64,000 nt of DNA from Carpediemonas membranifera BICM (GCA_019828565.1 JAHDYR010000001.1:372001-436000); one strand, 5' to 3'. Shown: positions 18,389 through 30,158, counted from the stretch's first letter. Numbers and translations are program-made. The notes: a model not told the origin generated them from the letters alone.

Positions 18389-18532
18389 ATGGGTCAGATT
18401 CAATCCCACCACGGCACTCACGAGACAACCAACGCCACGGCTTCTGGCGACAACTGCGCTTGGCCTTTCATTGGCGGCATTTGGGGCGTCACCGATGATT
18501 CGACTCCTGCCCCCAGCGATTCGACGCTGTAA
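18389..18532 (+). CDS. Putative 47-aa N-myristoylated microprotein, copy 2
   Basis: MGQIQSHHGTHETTNATASGDNCAWPFIGGIWGVTDDSTPAPSDSTL*; stop overlaps TGTAAA as in bona fide genes here. Confidence 0.5.
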   Translation: MGQIQSHHGTHETTNATASGDNCAWPFIGGIWGVTDDSTPAPSDSTL

Positions 18533-18799
18533 ACATGCTTTGTACAGTAATGATGGATATAATTGCCATTTTGTGCTATATACAGCCATTTAGTCCGGAT
18601 TCAAAGGCTGTATTCTTGTCTCAAAAGTGTGGCCTTGATTCATTTCCCAGATTCACTTGACGCTATGTCGATCTCACTCACCAAAACACCGCCAACAGCG
18701 CCATGCTCCTGCATATAACGACCAGCAACCCGTCTTGACCCTTTGATCATCATCATGGCTCAATAATCGAGGTTAGGACAAGCATGCACAATGTGTGAA

Positions 18800-20812
18800 T
18801 CAGGCAAGACCTTGAGGGCCAAACCGGTCTGTCTTCCTCCCAAATACCAGCCGTCTCACCGTCCGCCCGACCCGTTGGTTGATTGAGTCAAAACCGCATC
18901 TCCCGATGTGGAAAAACGGGTGGGCGATCACCATCACCGCGCTGATGAGCTGCATGGCTCCGATCATGGCATTGAGCGAGGTTGCGACAGTGGTCGAGTC
19001 AAGCTGATTTGTAAACGTATGAGTGAAGTCGCCGACGATGCAGCCCATTCTAAACACAGCCTGAGCAAACACACATGGCAGGAGAGCCTCGCGGTTGAGA
19101 TCTCTGACTACAGAGAAGCACACAGCCAGCGCCAGGGTCAGGAAGAGCGACATTGTAGCCACACTCGCCTCGAGACCGAACAATCTGACCGAGTCCGAGT
19201 CAAATTTGGGCGACTGGGCGATGAAAAGGAAGATAGCCGGCAGGGGGGCGACAATAAGCATCACTCCGCCGATGCCTGCGACAGAGAAGAGGGCGAAGAC
19301 GAAGGGACCGAGCGTGATGAGTGAACGGTGGAGAACTCGCTTCAAGTCGTCGCCGGCGGCACCCATTGCAATGCGCCGATCGATGGCGAGCTTCCGGCTT
19401 GCCTTGCATGCCATGTCATGAATGTCACAATTCACCAAAGGCCACCATGCATTGACATCTTCACTTACCGAATCATTCATGGAGATGTACGATATTGCCG
19501 CCAGAATCAAAGATACGAACAATATTACAAATATTGCGATCTGTCTCCGTTTTGTATCAAACTCTGACACCTCAGTCAAATTGATGATCTCCTCATATTC
19601 AAGAGACGCTCGGTTATTCCTCTTCTCGACCTCCACATCAAAGTCGGAAGCCCTTTTGACGTCAGTGTCGTGGTTCAAACAGAACAGGGGCACTGCTGCC
19701 GAGACTATCAAGCAAAGAAGGAAAGCAGCCCTTGCGATGTCGGTATATCGGCCCAGCGAGCCGTACACCGCGGTCCATTGGGACGCAGCGAATAGTGTGT
19801 GATGGGCGATGGCAACCTCCGTAGTGACAGATGTGATACATGCGGGGAGGCAGAGCATCAGAATCGGCTGGAGTTGCGAGGGGAAGTGTGTTGCCAGGAC
19901 AGAGTACGCGCTTCCAACTGTAGATATACTGGCGATCGACTGGATTATGAAAACGACCCAGCCGAGATTTGAGAGATTGTTGTCGTTGACGATGGCTTGA
20001 AGGACGAAAGCTGCGAGAATACTGGACGTGCCGAATAGGAAGATAATGTCCTCGCGACAGAACGTATCAAAGATTCGCCGAGTCTTGACAGAATCCTGGG
20101 ATACGAAATGATCAATTCCCGGGATGAGCACGAGAACGATAGTACCAAGCATGGAAACCACGAGACCGCCCCCGACGACGAGAACGCCACCCAGGGTCGG
20201 ATCAATGGCAGTGAGAGGATCAGATTCGGTCGAGATGTGGGCTTGAACAACCGAGCATACGAAAGCGAGTGCGGCCACAGAGAAAGCGTGTCTGAAGGAG
20301 AAGGGAACAGACCAAATGTAAGGCTCGTAGTCGGTCTTCTTGATCATGCGGAATGCCGTGATTGCCGCTACAAGGCACGTTACGGAGTCTTGAACCGTCC
20401 ACATGAAAAGCTCGAGGAGGAACTGTAGTGAGCGAAGGATGCCGGCCCAGCCTGATGCCACGGTTAGAATCACGAAGCCCACGTTGGCTATGAGGAGTGT
20501 TGCGGCGGATATGAACACGCCGAGGAGAAGTACGAGAGCTAGGCGACGCCGGGGTCGCATAAGGGTGCCATTGAGGAGGGCACCGGATGTGAGGGCTTTG
20601 GAAAGAGATACAATGGCTACGAATGCGTATTTTGCGAAATCTTCAGCGTCGAATGATGTCATCTGGCCGTTGAGGGCAGTTAAGAGGAGTTTGAGCAATG
20701 CTAGGCAGCTGTCGATGGCGATGATCGAAATGAACATCGACAGATCGTATTTCAGCCGTTTATACGGATCAGATGTGTATGTTGCGGTATTTGGCCACCC
20801 GATGATCCGCAT
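18800..20812 (-). CDS. Polytopic membrane protein (more than 12 predicted TM segments), transporter-like
   Basis: 670-aa ORF dominated by hydrophobic helices. Confidence 0.7.
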   Translation of the reverse strand: MRIIGWPNTATYTSDPYKRLKYDLSMFISIIAIDSCLALLKLLLTALNGQMTSFDAEDFAKYAFVAIVSLSKALTSGALLNGTLMRPRRRLALVLLLGVFISAATLLIANVGFVILTVASGWAGILRSLQFLLELFMWTVQDSVTCLVAAITAFRMIKKTDYEPYIWSVPFSFRHAFSVAALAFVCSVVQAHISTESDPLTAIDPTLGGVLVVGGGLVVSMLGTIVLVLIPGIDHFVSQDSVKTRRIFDTFCREDIIFLFGTSSILAAFVLQAIVNDNNLSNLGWVVFIIQSIASISTVGSAYSVLATHFPSQLQPILMLCLPACITSVTTEVAIAHHTLFAASQWTAVYGSLGRYTDIARAAFLLCLIVSAAVPLFCLNHDTDVKRASDFDVEVEKRNNRASLEYEEIINLTEVSEFDTKRRQIAIFVILFVSLILAAISYISMNDSVSEDVNAWWPLVNCDIHDMACKASRKLAIDRRIAMGAAGDDLKRVLHRSLITLGPFVFALFSVAGIGGVMLIVAPLPAIFLFIAQSPKFDSDSVRLFGLEASVATMSLFLTLALAVCFSVVRDLNREALLPCVFAQAVFRMGCIVGDFTHTFTNQLDSTTVATSLNAMIGAMQLISAVMVIAHPFFHIGRCGFDSINQRVGRTVRRLVFGRKTDRFGPQGLA

Positions 20813-21000
20813 CGCTCGAAGAAGCTCGTCGTCTCACTTTCTGCTCGATCTCATCGAATCTCGATATTGAGTCAATATTCGACCGTCCTGTCCAACTCAA
20901 CTCACCAGCAAACATTGTTAAGCAGCTATCTTGCCTGAATTCCATCGCCTCCCAGCGGGACCCGATGCAGAGCATTTACAAGTCGGACTGTCAGTAAGCC

Positions 21001-21651
21001 CTATATGCCGAGATCCCTCGCCCTCTCTGCAAACGGATCCTCTACCTCCGCTGCCGCTGCCGCTGGCTGCTGCACTGCGACGGCCTTGCTCCCTGCTGCG
21101 GTCATCCTGGCGAAGTCCTCGCCCGCAACTTCCATGAGCACCTTCTGCATGACAGAGTCGGCGACCTCCTCCTCCTCCTCGTTGCCTAGTGCGTCATCGA
21201 TGGAGTCGCTGACCATCTCCTCGATGAAGCCGCTCTTGGCCATCTCCTTGGAGAGCTTCATCATGCTTGCTCTGATCTCGGGGAGCTTGACGAGGCTGCT
21301 CATATGTTGCATCACCTCGGAGGAGGACTCCATTGAGCCAACCATGCGTGAGGTGGCGAAGGCCTGCTGAATCGACATCATGACGCTGTTCACGTGAGAC
21401 TTCGAGACGTAGAGGCGCTCCACGGCTTTCTCAGTGCGCGCTACCTCTTTTGCGAGGATCTTAGCAATCTCAATGTCATTGGCCTGCGCTGCTTTGCGGA
21501 TCTCGCCCTTCACCTTGTCAATTTCCCTCTGAATGGTCCGGATCTGCCTGTCTATCGTCCGCGTCTCACCACGAAGGGCCGATCTCCACTCTCTTGACTG
21601 TTCTTTCATCTTCTCTGCGCTAGTTTTCCCGCTGGCTCCAAATACTCCCAT
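21001..21651 (-). CDS. VPS24: ESCRT-III subunit Vps24/CHMP3
   Basis: MGVFG...EWRSALRGETRTIDRQIR...AKILAKEV...LYVSKSHVNSV...LVKLPEI..MMKLSKEMAKSGFIEEMV. Confidence 0.92.
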   Translation of the reverse strand: MGVFGASGKTSAEKMKEQSREWRSALRGETRTIDRQIRTIQREIDKVKGEIRKAAQANDIEIAKILAKEVARTEKAVERLYVSKSHVNSVMMSIQQAFATSRMVGSMESSSEVMQHMSSLVKLPEIRASMMKLSKEMAKSGFIEEMVSDSIDDALGNEEEEEVADSVMQKVLMEVAGEDFARMTAAGSKAVAVQQPAAAAAEVEDPFAERARDLGI

Positions 21652-22110
21652 GGTGTCTTGGATGAGCTGTGATCCCACCCTCGCCAAACATAGCTGGCAA
21701 AAAGCAGAAGCACTCACAGGCTACTTGCGGATGACAGCGTGACAGTGAGGGCGGCGTTGGTCCGAAATCTCGGATTTACAGCGGGGTCATGGAGTTGCGA
21801 AGTCATGGCGATCGCTTCATAGCGATGCTCCAACAGATGCTTAATGCGCTGAAAAGAGCAATGAACCCTCTATCAGAAGCCACTAGAAACCTAAGATTGC
21901 CGCAAGAACAACAGCTGCTTGACGCCATCGACGCAGAGCCCGGGAGCTTCCCCATTCCCTGTTCTCAAAGGACAGAGCGGACGAGTGAGAGAGCGGCAAG
22001 AGCTATTCCATGATGCTGTGCATGCAACACCAATCTAGAACAGCTGAGGCTGAAACTGCTGCTTCCAGAAGACGGAGGAGGAAGACGTTGTCGTCAAAGT
22101 GTCGTCTCTC

Positions 22111-22590
22111 TCATAAATTGAGCGCGGACATCAGTGTCTGATCGTCATTCGTGTTTGTGCCGGCCAGGATTGCACCAACGAAGAAGCAAATGCCTCCCAC
22201 GACAGCGGCAATCGGGCATGCCACGATAAGAGTGCAAATGAAGTAGGGAATGCAAAGCTGGGTAAGAGGAGCAGCGAATGAGCCATACGATGGTGATACA
22301 AGGACAGAGAAGGCCTGGGTAAAAGATGCTTGGGCGAACAAACAGGAAATGCACTCATAGATGAGGTTAATGCATGGAATAAGAGAGATTATCGCCTCAA
22401 AGAGAATGCACGGAGAGAAACAGATCAGTAAGACCACAATAAGCGCGATCAGGTAGCCGTAGATGCCAAAAATGAGCCCGATGCTCACAGGATCATTCTC
22501 GCCTGAGCTATCAGCGGAGGAATCGTCAGTATAGCACAACACAGTACTGAGAAGCGATATGAGAAGGAAAATGAACAGAGTTGAACGCAT
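22111..22590 (-). CDS. Small Cys-rich membrane protein with signal peptide
   Basis: MRSTLFIFLLISLLSTVLC signal, then 2-3 Cys-containing hydrophobic segments. Confidence 0.65.
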   Translation of the reverse strand: MRSTLFIFLLISLLSTVLCYTDDSSADSSGENDPVSIGLIFGIYGYLIALIVVLLICFSPCILFEAIISLIPCINLIYECISCLFAQASFTQAFSVLVSPSYGSFAAPLTQLCIPYFICTLIVACPIAAVVGGICFFVGAILAGTNTNDDQTLMSALNL

Positions 22591-22740
22591 GAATCTCGGG
22601 CTCGCCTTCTTCTTTTGCTGTTGTGACCGAAGAAGACTCAAGCATCCCGCTGGGCGATCGGCAAAACATGGCAGCCATCATGTAGCCACCCACATAGGTC
22701 GCCGGCATAGCCTTCCTTTAAACCAACTATCGTACCTATC

Positions 22741-23985
22741 TTACTGATTCGCGCTGATCTCCCTCAGCACAGACTGCTCCTCCTTCTGGAGCATCGCGAT
22801 GTTGCTGCGGATGTCGTCAAGCTTCTGCATGAGCACGTCGACGTCAGCCTTGCCCTTGTCCTTCGTTTCCTCTCTTTCCATATGGCGAAGGAACGCCGGC
22901 TTGCTGTCCTCGGCGTTGTTTGCCGGAGCCGCGCCAGACGGGATCATTACAGTGCCAAACCCGTCGGCGTCGTCGAAACCAGGCACGACAGTACCGGCAT
23001 CGAATGGCATTGTGGCTGCAGCCATCATCGTACCGCTGGCCATGGTGCTCCCGGCGTCAGTTGTTGTGAAGAAGCCGGTGCCGTCGTCGAACTCATTATC
23101 GGGAGCGGTAGCCTTGATGGCAATCAGCTCCTCAACAGCGTCGACCATGACGTCCTTCGAGGGTGCGGCCTTGATGAAGGGATGCTGAAGCAGCATGGCG
23201 CACGATGGGCGAGCTTGAGGGTCCTTATCGAGGCACTTGGCAATGAAGTCGTTGAACTCGTCAGACCAGTCCTCGGGCTGGGCGAGGGTCGGCGAGGGCA
23301 AGACGGGGATCTGGAAGATGAGACGCATCGGGTGGACGTCCGAGCGGGGCGGGAGCGTGTCGGCAAGCTCGATGGCAGTGATGCCGACGGACCAGACGTC
23401 AGCTACGGTGCCGTACTCGAGGCCCTGAACGACCTCGGGGGCCATCCAAAATGGACTCCCAATCATCGTCTTGCGCTTGGAAATGGTGTTGGCAAGCTGG
23501 GCAGAGACACCGAAGTCGGCGAGCTTGACAGAACCGTCGTCCTTGAAGAGAATGTTGCCAGACTTGATGTCTCGGTGGATTTTCCTGTTGCTGTGAAGGA
23601 ACTGGAGCCCGAGGAGCGTCTCCCTCATGACAAAGGAGATCTGCTGCTCATCCAGGCCGTGTCCGAGGGCCTCTACCATCCCAGACATGCTGTCCTGGCA
23701 AAGCTCCATCACGATCCAGAGATCGGGCTCGAGGAACCAAGAGCCGTGGTACCGGATCACCTGGTCACACGCCTCGAGTTCCTTGAGCATCTGGATCTCC
23801 TTGTTCACTTCATCCCAGTCTCCATCGATCGCAATAACCTTGATTGCCACGACAGTTCCTGTCTGCTTGGATATCGCCTTATAGACGGCACCATAAGAGC
23901 CTTCGCCAATCTGATCGAGCAGCTGGAACAGCGTGCTGGGATCCTCGTTGCTCGTTATCAGTGTACTGGCATCAATACCCGGCAT
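22741..23985 (-). CDS. STE20-family kinase, MST1/2 (Hippo/Krs)-like, with short C-terminal coiled coil
   Basis: GEGSYGAV, VAIK, HRDIKSGN, DFGVSAQL, KRKTMIGSPFWMAPE, HPMRLIFQIP, WSDEFNDFI. Confidence 0.92.
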   Translation of the reverse strand: MPGIDASTLITSNEDPSTLFQLLDQIGEGSYGAVYKAISKQTGTVVAIKVIAIDGDWDEVNKEIQMLKELEACDQVIRYHGSWFLEPDLWIVMELCQDSMSGMVEALGHGLDEQQISFVMRETLLGLQFLHSNRKIHRDIKSGNILFKDDGSVKLADFGVSAQLANTISKRKTMIGSPFWMAPEVVQGLEYGTVADVWSVGITAIELADTLPPRSDVHPMRLIFQIPVLPSPTLAQPEDWSDEFNDFIAKCLDKDPQARPSCAMLLQHPFIKAAPSKDVMVDAVEELIAIKATAPDNEFDDGTGFFTTTDAGSTMASGTMMAAATMPFDAGTVVPGFDDADGFGTVMIPSGAAPANNAEDSKPAFLRHMEREETKDKGKADVDVLMQKLDDIRSNIAMLQKEEQSVLREISANQ

Positions 23986-24440
23986 TGGAGTCGCCTGGAG
24001 CTTTCGCTCGGAGAATTACACAAAATCTCCGTAAATAGCGTAAACATACAGTCGCTGCCGGTCGTACCTATACATCATCGTGACTCGACATCCGCTGTTT
24101 TATTCGCACACCTCAACGTGGCGAGTCGCATTGTCAGCTTCTGACAAAAGTTTCCAGTCAGCGGCGCTGAATCTCGGAATGATGCTATAGAGGGGCATGC
24201 AGGTTGTAGAACCTGTCAGATGCAGTCATGAAGTGCCCTCCTTCTGGACATTCCAACTTTGATGACATCCGAGTCATGGCTTCATTCAGGGCGAGATCGA
24301 GTCTGGAAAAGAGTGAGCGTGTCTGAAGGGGGCATGCAAGCTCCCACAGCCTTTGTTGTAAGTAGTTTTCCTCACTTTTCTCGCGGTTGTGCCTGCGGCA
24401 GTTTTGGGGCAGCTCTAAAAACTCATCGAAGCCATAACAA

Positions 24441-25566
24441 ATGGGTAGCGAAGATATTGATAAGCATGTGCTTCGGAAATACGAGATTGTACGTAAGGTC
24501 GGTAAGGGCGCCTACGGAATCGTATGGAAGGCAACTGAGAAGAAGACTGGAGAGGTTCAGGCCCTCAAGAAGATCTTCGACGCATTCCAGAACGAAACTG
24601 ATGCCCAGCGCACTTTCCGTGAGATCATGTACCTCCAGGAGCTCGAGCACCCAAACATTGTGATGCTCACCAACGTCCTCAAGGCATCTGACGACAACGA
24701 CATCTACCTGGTCTTTGAGTTCATGGAGACCGACCTGCACGCCGTCATCCGCTCTAACATCCTCCAGGAGGTGCACAAGTCCTACATCATCTACCAGCTC
24801 CTCAAGGCCCTCCACTACATGCACTCTGGCGACCTCATCCACCGCGACCTCAAGCCTTCCAACATGCTTCTCAACTCCGAGTGCCACATGAAGCTTGCTG
24901 ACTTCGGTCTTGCCCGCTCCGTGGCCGTCCTCGAGCGCGGCGAGGAGGCCAACCCCGTCCTCACCGACTATGTCGCCACCCGCTGGTACCGCGCCCCCGA
25001 GATCCTGCTCGGGTCCACCCGCTACACCAAGGGCGTCGACATCTGGTCTGTCGGCTGCATCAGTTCGTCCCCCCGACCCACCTCACACAGTCGGCGAGCT
25101 CCTCGGTGGCCGCCCCATGTTCCCCGGCACCAGTACCATGAACCAGCTCGAGAAGGTCGTCGAGGTCACCGGTCGCCCCGCCGCTGCTGACGTCGAGGCC
25201 ATCGGGTCCGCCTTTGCCGACACGATGCTCGAGTCCCTGCCGAGCACGACGACTAAGAGCCTCAAGGACATGTACCCGGACGCCGACCCCACCGCCCTCG
25301 ACCTCATGGCCCGCATGCTGCAGTTTAACCCCAAGAAGCGCATCACCGCGGCCGAGGCCCTCGAGCACCCCTTCGTCGCTCAGTTCCACAAGGGCCACGT
25401 CGCCGACGAGATCACCCTGCCCAAGCCCATCGAGATCACCGTGGACGACAACAAGCGGTTCAGCATCAACGAGTACAGATCCCGGCTGTACGACGACATC
25501 ATCTCTCGCAAGAGGGCCGCCCGCAAGCGCCGCATGGCAGCTCGCAAGGAGCGCACTGCCAAGTAG
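24441..25566 (+). CDS. MAPK15: MAP kinase ERK7/8 (MAPK15); exons 24441-25062 and 25091-25566
   Basis: [32 protein letters not shown] activation motif; removing a 28-nt intron restores WSVGCIIGELL. Confidence 0.93.
25063..25090 (+). other. 28-nt spliceosomal intron in MAPK15
   Basis: GTTCGTCCCCCCGACCCACCTCACACAG joins two ORFs into an intact kinase subdomain IX. Confidence 0.9.
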
Positions 25567-25649
25567 ACTCACTCGCACCATAAACTTGAGATAATACGCG
25601 ATATCTAGTGGTTTACTGGCTCAGTTCAGACGATTGGGTTGTCATGTCA

Positions 25650-26180
25650 TCAACAGATGTGAGCCCGATGGACCCTGGTAACATGGCTGACGAAGGGCAT
25701 GTCCTGCAACTTCGCCGCCACCTGCGCGCAAGTCACACCCCGGGGAAGACCAACGATGACTGCGGCCTGGGTCGAAGGGGCCACGAATCGAGCCACTGCG
25801 ATCCGCTGACTGATGAGTGAAAGAACGGCGGTGGTCTCATTGTCTGTTAGACTGCGGTGCATGGTCACAATGGCATAGTTTGTGCTGGCCCCGCAGGCGG
25901 CTGTGGCCTTGTCGCGCTGCTCGGCCGGCATCGGTAGCGATGAGATCGGCTCCTCGGAAGCATCTGCGCATTGAAGTGAGTTTTCAGCATGAATTGGAGT
26001 CTGTGAGATTGATCTCACCGTTGGAATCGACGTCAGCATCTCTCTTGGATCCAAATCGCTGTAAAAGAAGTACTTGTTGGGCCGTTCGATCCCACGAAGC
26101 TCACATCCGTTCTTCTTAATCTCTTCTACCACTGCGGTATCTCTTTTTGCCATCACCACCGTCCACAAGCGGTTGTTCAT
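25650..26180 (-). CDS. Hypothetical protein, possibly a stand-alone subtilase-propeptide-like fold
   Basis: Open frame; two segments resemble protease prodomain patterns (..ERPNKYFF..MLTSIPTVRSI; AKLQDMPFVSHV). Confidence 0.45.
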   Translation of the reverse strand: MNNRLWTVVMAKRDTAVVEEIKKNGCELRGIERPNKYFFYSDLDPREMLTSIPTVRSISQTPIHAENSLQCADASEEPISSLPMPAEQRDKATAACGASTNYAIVTMHRSLTDNETTAVLSLISQRIAVARFVAPSTQAAVIVGLPRGVTCAQVAAKLQDMPFVSHVTRVHRAHIC

Positions 26181-26329
26181 GTCTTTGTCAGGTTTTGCCA
26201 GATCTGCGCATAAAGTGACGCCATCGCTCTCAACCAGGGGCAATGTGTACGTCAGCCACGTCACCGGCTGTTCCCTCTCCGCTGAGCGAATTTCTGGTGC
26301 TTTGTGAGGGTAACTAACGAAGCCACGAT

Positions 26330-29300
26330 ATGTCCGAAAGTGAAAGCAGCGGGCAGCAGAGCAGCGATGCTCTCAGTGAGCAAGACATTGCTAATACACC
26401 GTATTCTGATGGAGAAGTATCCTCTTCCTCCTCGTCATCGTCTGTTTCAAATCAAACTCCTGCTATTCTCCGCCCTCCAGAGAAAATGAAGTATGGGGCC
26501 CTCGGAGAGCCTTCCCTGCTCAACTTACGCTACATGATTGCCCACATTCTCACTCGCCCGTTGATCATTGCCATGCAGCTTTGTGTAATGCTCTACAAAT
26601 CCATGCTGCAGTGGCTTTCGAGCATCGTGAGCATCAGCGTCAAGAACATCATCGTCCCCTTTGGTCTCATTGCCCTGATCAGCGTCGGGATCCGTCGTGC
26701 CATCTCGGACAACGCGTTTGTTGGCGACATTGGCCTTACTGGCGGCGCCTTCCCCCGCTGCACGACGACCCAGGACGAGACGTGCGTTTCCTTGGTCGTT
26801 GTTGTGTCTGCCACGGCCTACGCACTTTACGGCCACACAATCCTCAACAACTTTGCCATGAACAACGGTTTGACTGTTGCCTCGATGCCCTGGATCCCGG
26901 GCTTCACCAGTGTCACAGACGACATCATGTGGACAACAGACGTTTCCCTCATTAACGACTGGCTTCCCAGTCATCTTAACGTGACTCCCGCCGTCGTAGT
27001 TATCGATGAGGTTGACCCAACTGATCAGCTCATCACTTACCAGGCATTTGTCAACACTACAGGCATTCAGAGCATCTCGAACCAGGTCCTGAGGTACACC
27101 AACAACGTCCAGGGCCCCCTAGTCCTCGAGATGAGCAGGGCGCTCGCAGAGTATTACGTGGAGCACAGTTTGCCGCGGTATGACGTTAACTTCATACGGC
27201 AAGATGTCGATGCGGCTGATGTGAACCTCGAGGACGAGGTCATGGCTGCTGTGAACGCCACGTTTATGCCCATGCTTTGTTTCGCAGTTTTAGGCTTTTC
27301 TTTCATTGGCATCCTGAACGACTTAGTTTTCGAACGAGCTAACTACATCAAGCAGAGCCTCACGCTGCTCGGTCTGAAGGACACAGTCTACTGGCTTCAC
27401 AAGTACATCTCCCAGGTCATCTCAGCGTTTGTGATCATCACATGCTTCTACTTCGCAGACGACCTACTAGAAACCAAGATCATTCCAAACGCCAGCTATC
27501 CAGCGGTGCTCGTCTGCTTCGGTACCTTCATGCTCGCTTTCGACGGTCAGGCCCATTTTTTGTCAGTCTTTATCAACCGCGAGAAGACGTCTGCGATGGT
27601 CGCTTTCGGCTGTTACATCATGCAGCTCATCGGCATCTTCCTCTTCGGAATGATCATGACTCTCGGCATCCCGTTCATTTTCCCCGAGGTCATCATCATC
27701 GTCTGGATGCTTGTTTTCCCAGGTGAGTCCCCCCACTCAAACCAGATTGTTACATAGATATGGCACTGGCCAACATACTATTTATCATGCAGAGAGCATA
27801 CTCTGGCTTGACATTTACCAAGTTCACCCTTTCAGAGATGACCACGACCCCAATTCCAGCCGAGGGAGAGGGGTATTCCGCAAGACACTCTGTCACAATC
27901 CTGGTGGCTGCCGCTGTGCTGTATCATGTGGTCGCGTGGTATCTGTATCACGTGTTCCCGCCCGGCGACGAGAGCCGCAAGCCCTGGTACTTCCCCGTCG
28001 CCCCCTCCTGGCTGTTTGATATCCGCAGTGGTACGAAGATCATCACTGATCAATCTCATATTGTCGCTTCCGATATTGATGCTGATATCCAGAACGAGGT
28101 TGACCTGGCGTTGACCTCGGACGCCGGCCTCAGAATCATGAAACTCAGCAAGACATTCAAGGGCGGTTTCGGTCGATCAAACCGGGCGCTAGACGATCTC
28201 TGCCTCTCTGCTGAAACAAAGACTTGCCTCGTCCTCCTCGGCCACAACGGCGCAGGCAAGAGTACGTGCGTTAACATGCTGGACGGTCTGACCCAACCCA
28301 CCAGCGGCGACGCGCTCATGTACGGCAAGTCGATCGTGTCTGAGCCCGAGTCGATTCGACGCATGATCGGAGTCGTCCAGCAGCATGACATGACGTTCAA
28401 GGGCGTCAGCGGGCTCCAGCACGTCATCCTGGCCGGCCTGCTCCAGCGTACGCCGCATGTTTACCGCCGGGCGAGGGAGGTCATCGACCTGGTCGGCCTC
28501 ACCAAGGCACGCAACCGGGACGCCTCGAACTACAGCGGCGGGATGAAGCGGCGGCTGATGCTGGCGATGGCGATGGTTCATAACCCCCGCATCCTCTTTG
28601 TGGACGAGGTCACGAGTGGTATGGACCCCCTCAACCGGAGGAACGTGTGGGCAATCCTGAAGGACATCAAGGCGCAGGGCCGCATCGTCGTCCTCACCAC
28701 CCACTCCATGGAGGAGGCTGACATGCTCGGTGACAAGGTTGCCATCCTCGCTAACGGTCGACTCAGAGCAGTCGGATCCGTGCTCGATCTCAAGCAGAGA
28801 TTCGGATCCGGGTACAAGATATCGCTCATTCCGAAGGCCCGCACTCTGATCTCATCTGAGAACAGGACGGCAATCGAAGGCGTGTTCGCCCGAGAGTTGG
28901 CTGCCAGGCCCGTTGCCGGGGCCGGAATCACCTTCGCCATTCCAAACGCCGTCCCTGCCGAAGTTTCTGAGTTCCTCAAGTCCCTCGAGGCCTCCATCCG
29001 CGGCACTGGGCCTGATTCTGAGACAATGGACTCCATCTCGTCTTACAACATCTCACATTCGTCACTTGGCGAGGTTTTTATGTCTGTTACCACAGGCAAG
29101 GGCCGGCAGACCAACCAGACCGAGATCAAGAACGCCGTGAGGCTGGCTGACGGAAGATATCAGATCAATCTGACGATGACCGGTTCGAGCGTTGACCTTG
29201 GCTTCGTGACCGTAGCGCCCAGCGACACGTTGGCGGATGTCCGGCAGAAGCTGAAGTCGGATCTCCCAGGCCTCGCTCTGGGCGATGACGACTTCATTTT

Positions 29301-29463
29301 CAACGTCAACGGCTCCCCCGTGGACCACGAACAGGAGACAGCGGTCACTGCGGTGTCGGTCGGGACTGTTCTCACCCTTGACAGTCGGAAGGCCTGGATA
29401 CAGCGGATGGCTGCCTTGTTCTCCCGTATGCTGGATACAGAGGACGACAGTGATGCTGAATAA
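26330..29463 (+). CDS. ABCA: ABCA-subfamily half transporter with C-terminal ubiquitin-like extension; intron 27723-27757 (alternative acceptor 27745)
   Basis: ABCA TMD (LVFER...LLGLKDTVYW), GHNGAGKS, YSGGMKRRL, VDEVTSGMDP, LTTHSMEEAD, LKQRFGSGY; a GTGAGT...TAG intron joins the two ORFs in frame. Confidence 0.9.
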
Positions 29464-29657
29464 AGCTGTTTTGAGTCGACGAGTCGCATCGGCTAGAGCA
29501 TGAGGCACACTGGGGATGCTTCAGGGTTGCCTAACAGTCGGCGGATCTGATCGGCGTGAGACAGCCGCTCTATCTTTCTCCCCTCTGGAGCAACATGCCA
29601 CATCTTCCTGACAGCCTCAGCAAGTGAAACGTTTACTTAACTTCTATGATAGCAGTG

Positions 29658-30158
29658 TTACTCCTCCTTCTTGGCCTCCTCCTGGACCTCTTCCTTGGGC
29701 GCGTCATCATCTTCATACTCGGCTGGTGTTTGGATGGCGGTGAACTTGCTGAGCACGGCGGCGATGGGCTCAAAGTCAAACTCTGGCAGAGATTTCTCTG
29801 CAGGGCACTCCTCAAGTGATGCAGGGAGAGCATTCTCGAAGGCAGGGACGAAAGTGGTCGGATCGAGGCCGGTGAGAAGCTGGACGAAGACGCCGTTCTT
29901 GACGAAGATGAAGGTCGGAGATGAGCGGGCCCAGAGAGGGCGGAAGAGCTCAGATGTCTCAGCAACCATGCGGAAGAACTTCACGGGACGTTCGCCGGCC
30001 TGTTGAGAGAGGCGGCGGGTAGTTTGCTCCATGGCCTTGGCAAAACCGCAGAATTCGGCCCCAATCTCAAGGCAAGCGAGGCCAGGTATGCGCAGTGACT
30101 TCAACAGCTCTTGGTCTGTTGAAATCATGGAGCAGATGGAAACAGCTTTCTTTGCCAT
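29658..30158 (-). CDS. Thioredoxin-like protein (NME8/9 or dynein-light-chain type), CxxC degenerate
   Basis: AEFCGFAKAM at the WCGPC position; SPTFIFVKNG cis-Pro strand; acidic tail. Confidence 0.65.
   Translation of the reverse strand: MAKKAVSICSMISTDQELLKSLRIPGLACLEIGAEFCGFAKAMEQTTRRLSQQAGERPVKFFRMVAETSELFRPLWARSSPTFIFVKNGVFVQLLTGLDPTTFVPAFENALPASLEECPAEKSLPEFDFEPIAAVLSKFTAIQTPAEYEDDDAPKEEVQEEAKKEE

Noticed and set aside
22882-24144. Long antisense ORFs (420 aa here; also 32898-34133, 46408-47286, 55530-56231, 61509-62186)
   Set aside because: Shadows of GC3-rich sense genes; no independent motifs
21001-25566. Clustering of VPS24, MST kinase and MAPK15, plus DID2 elsewhere in the window, as a functional operon
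   Set aside because: Proximity is expected by chance in a gene-dense eukaryotic genome
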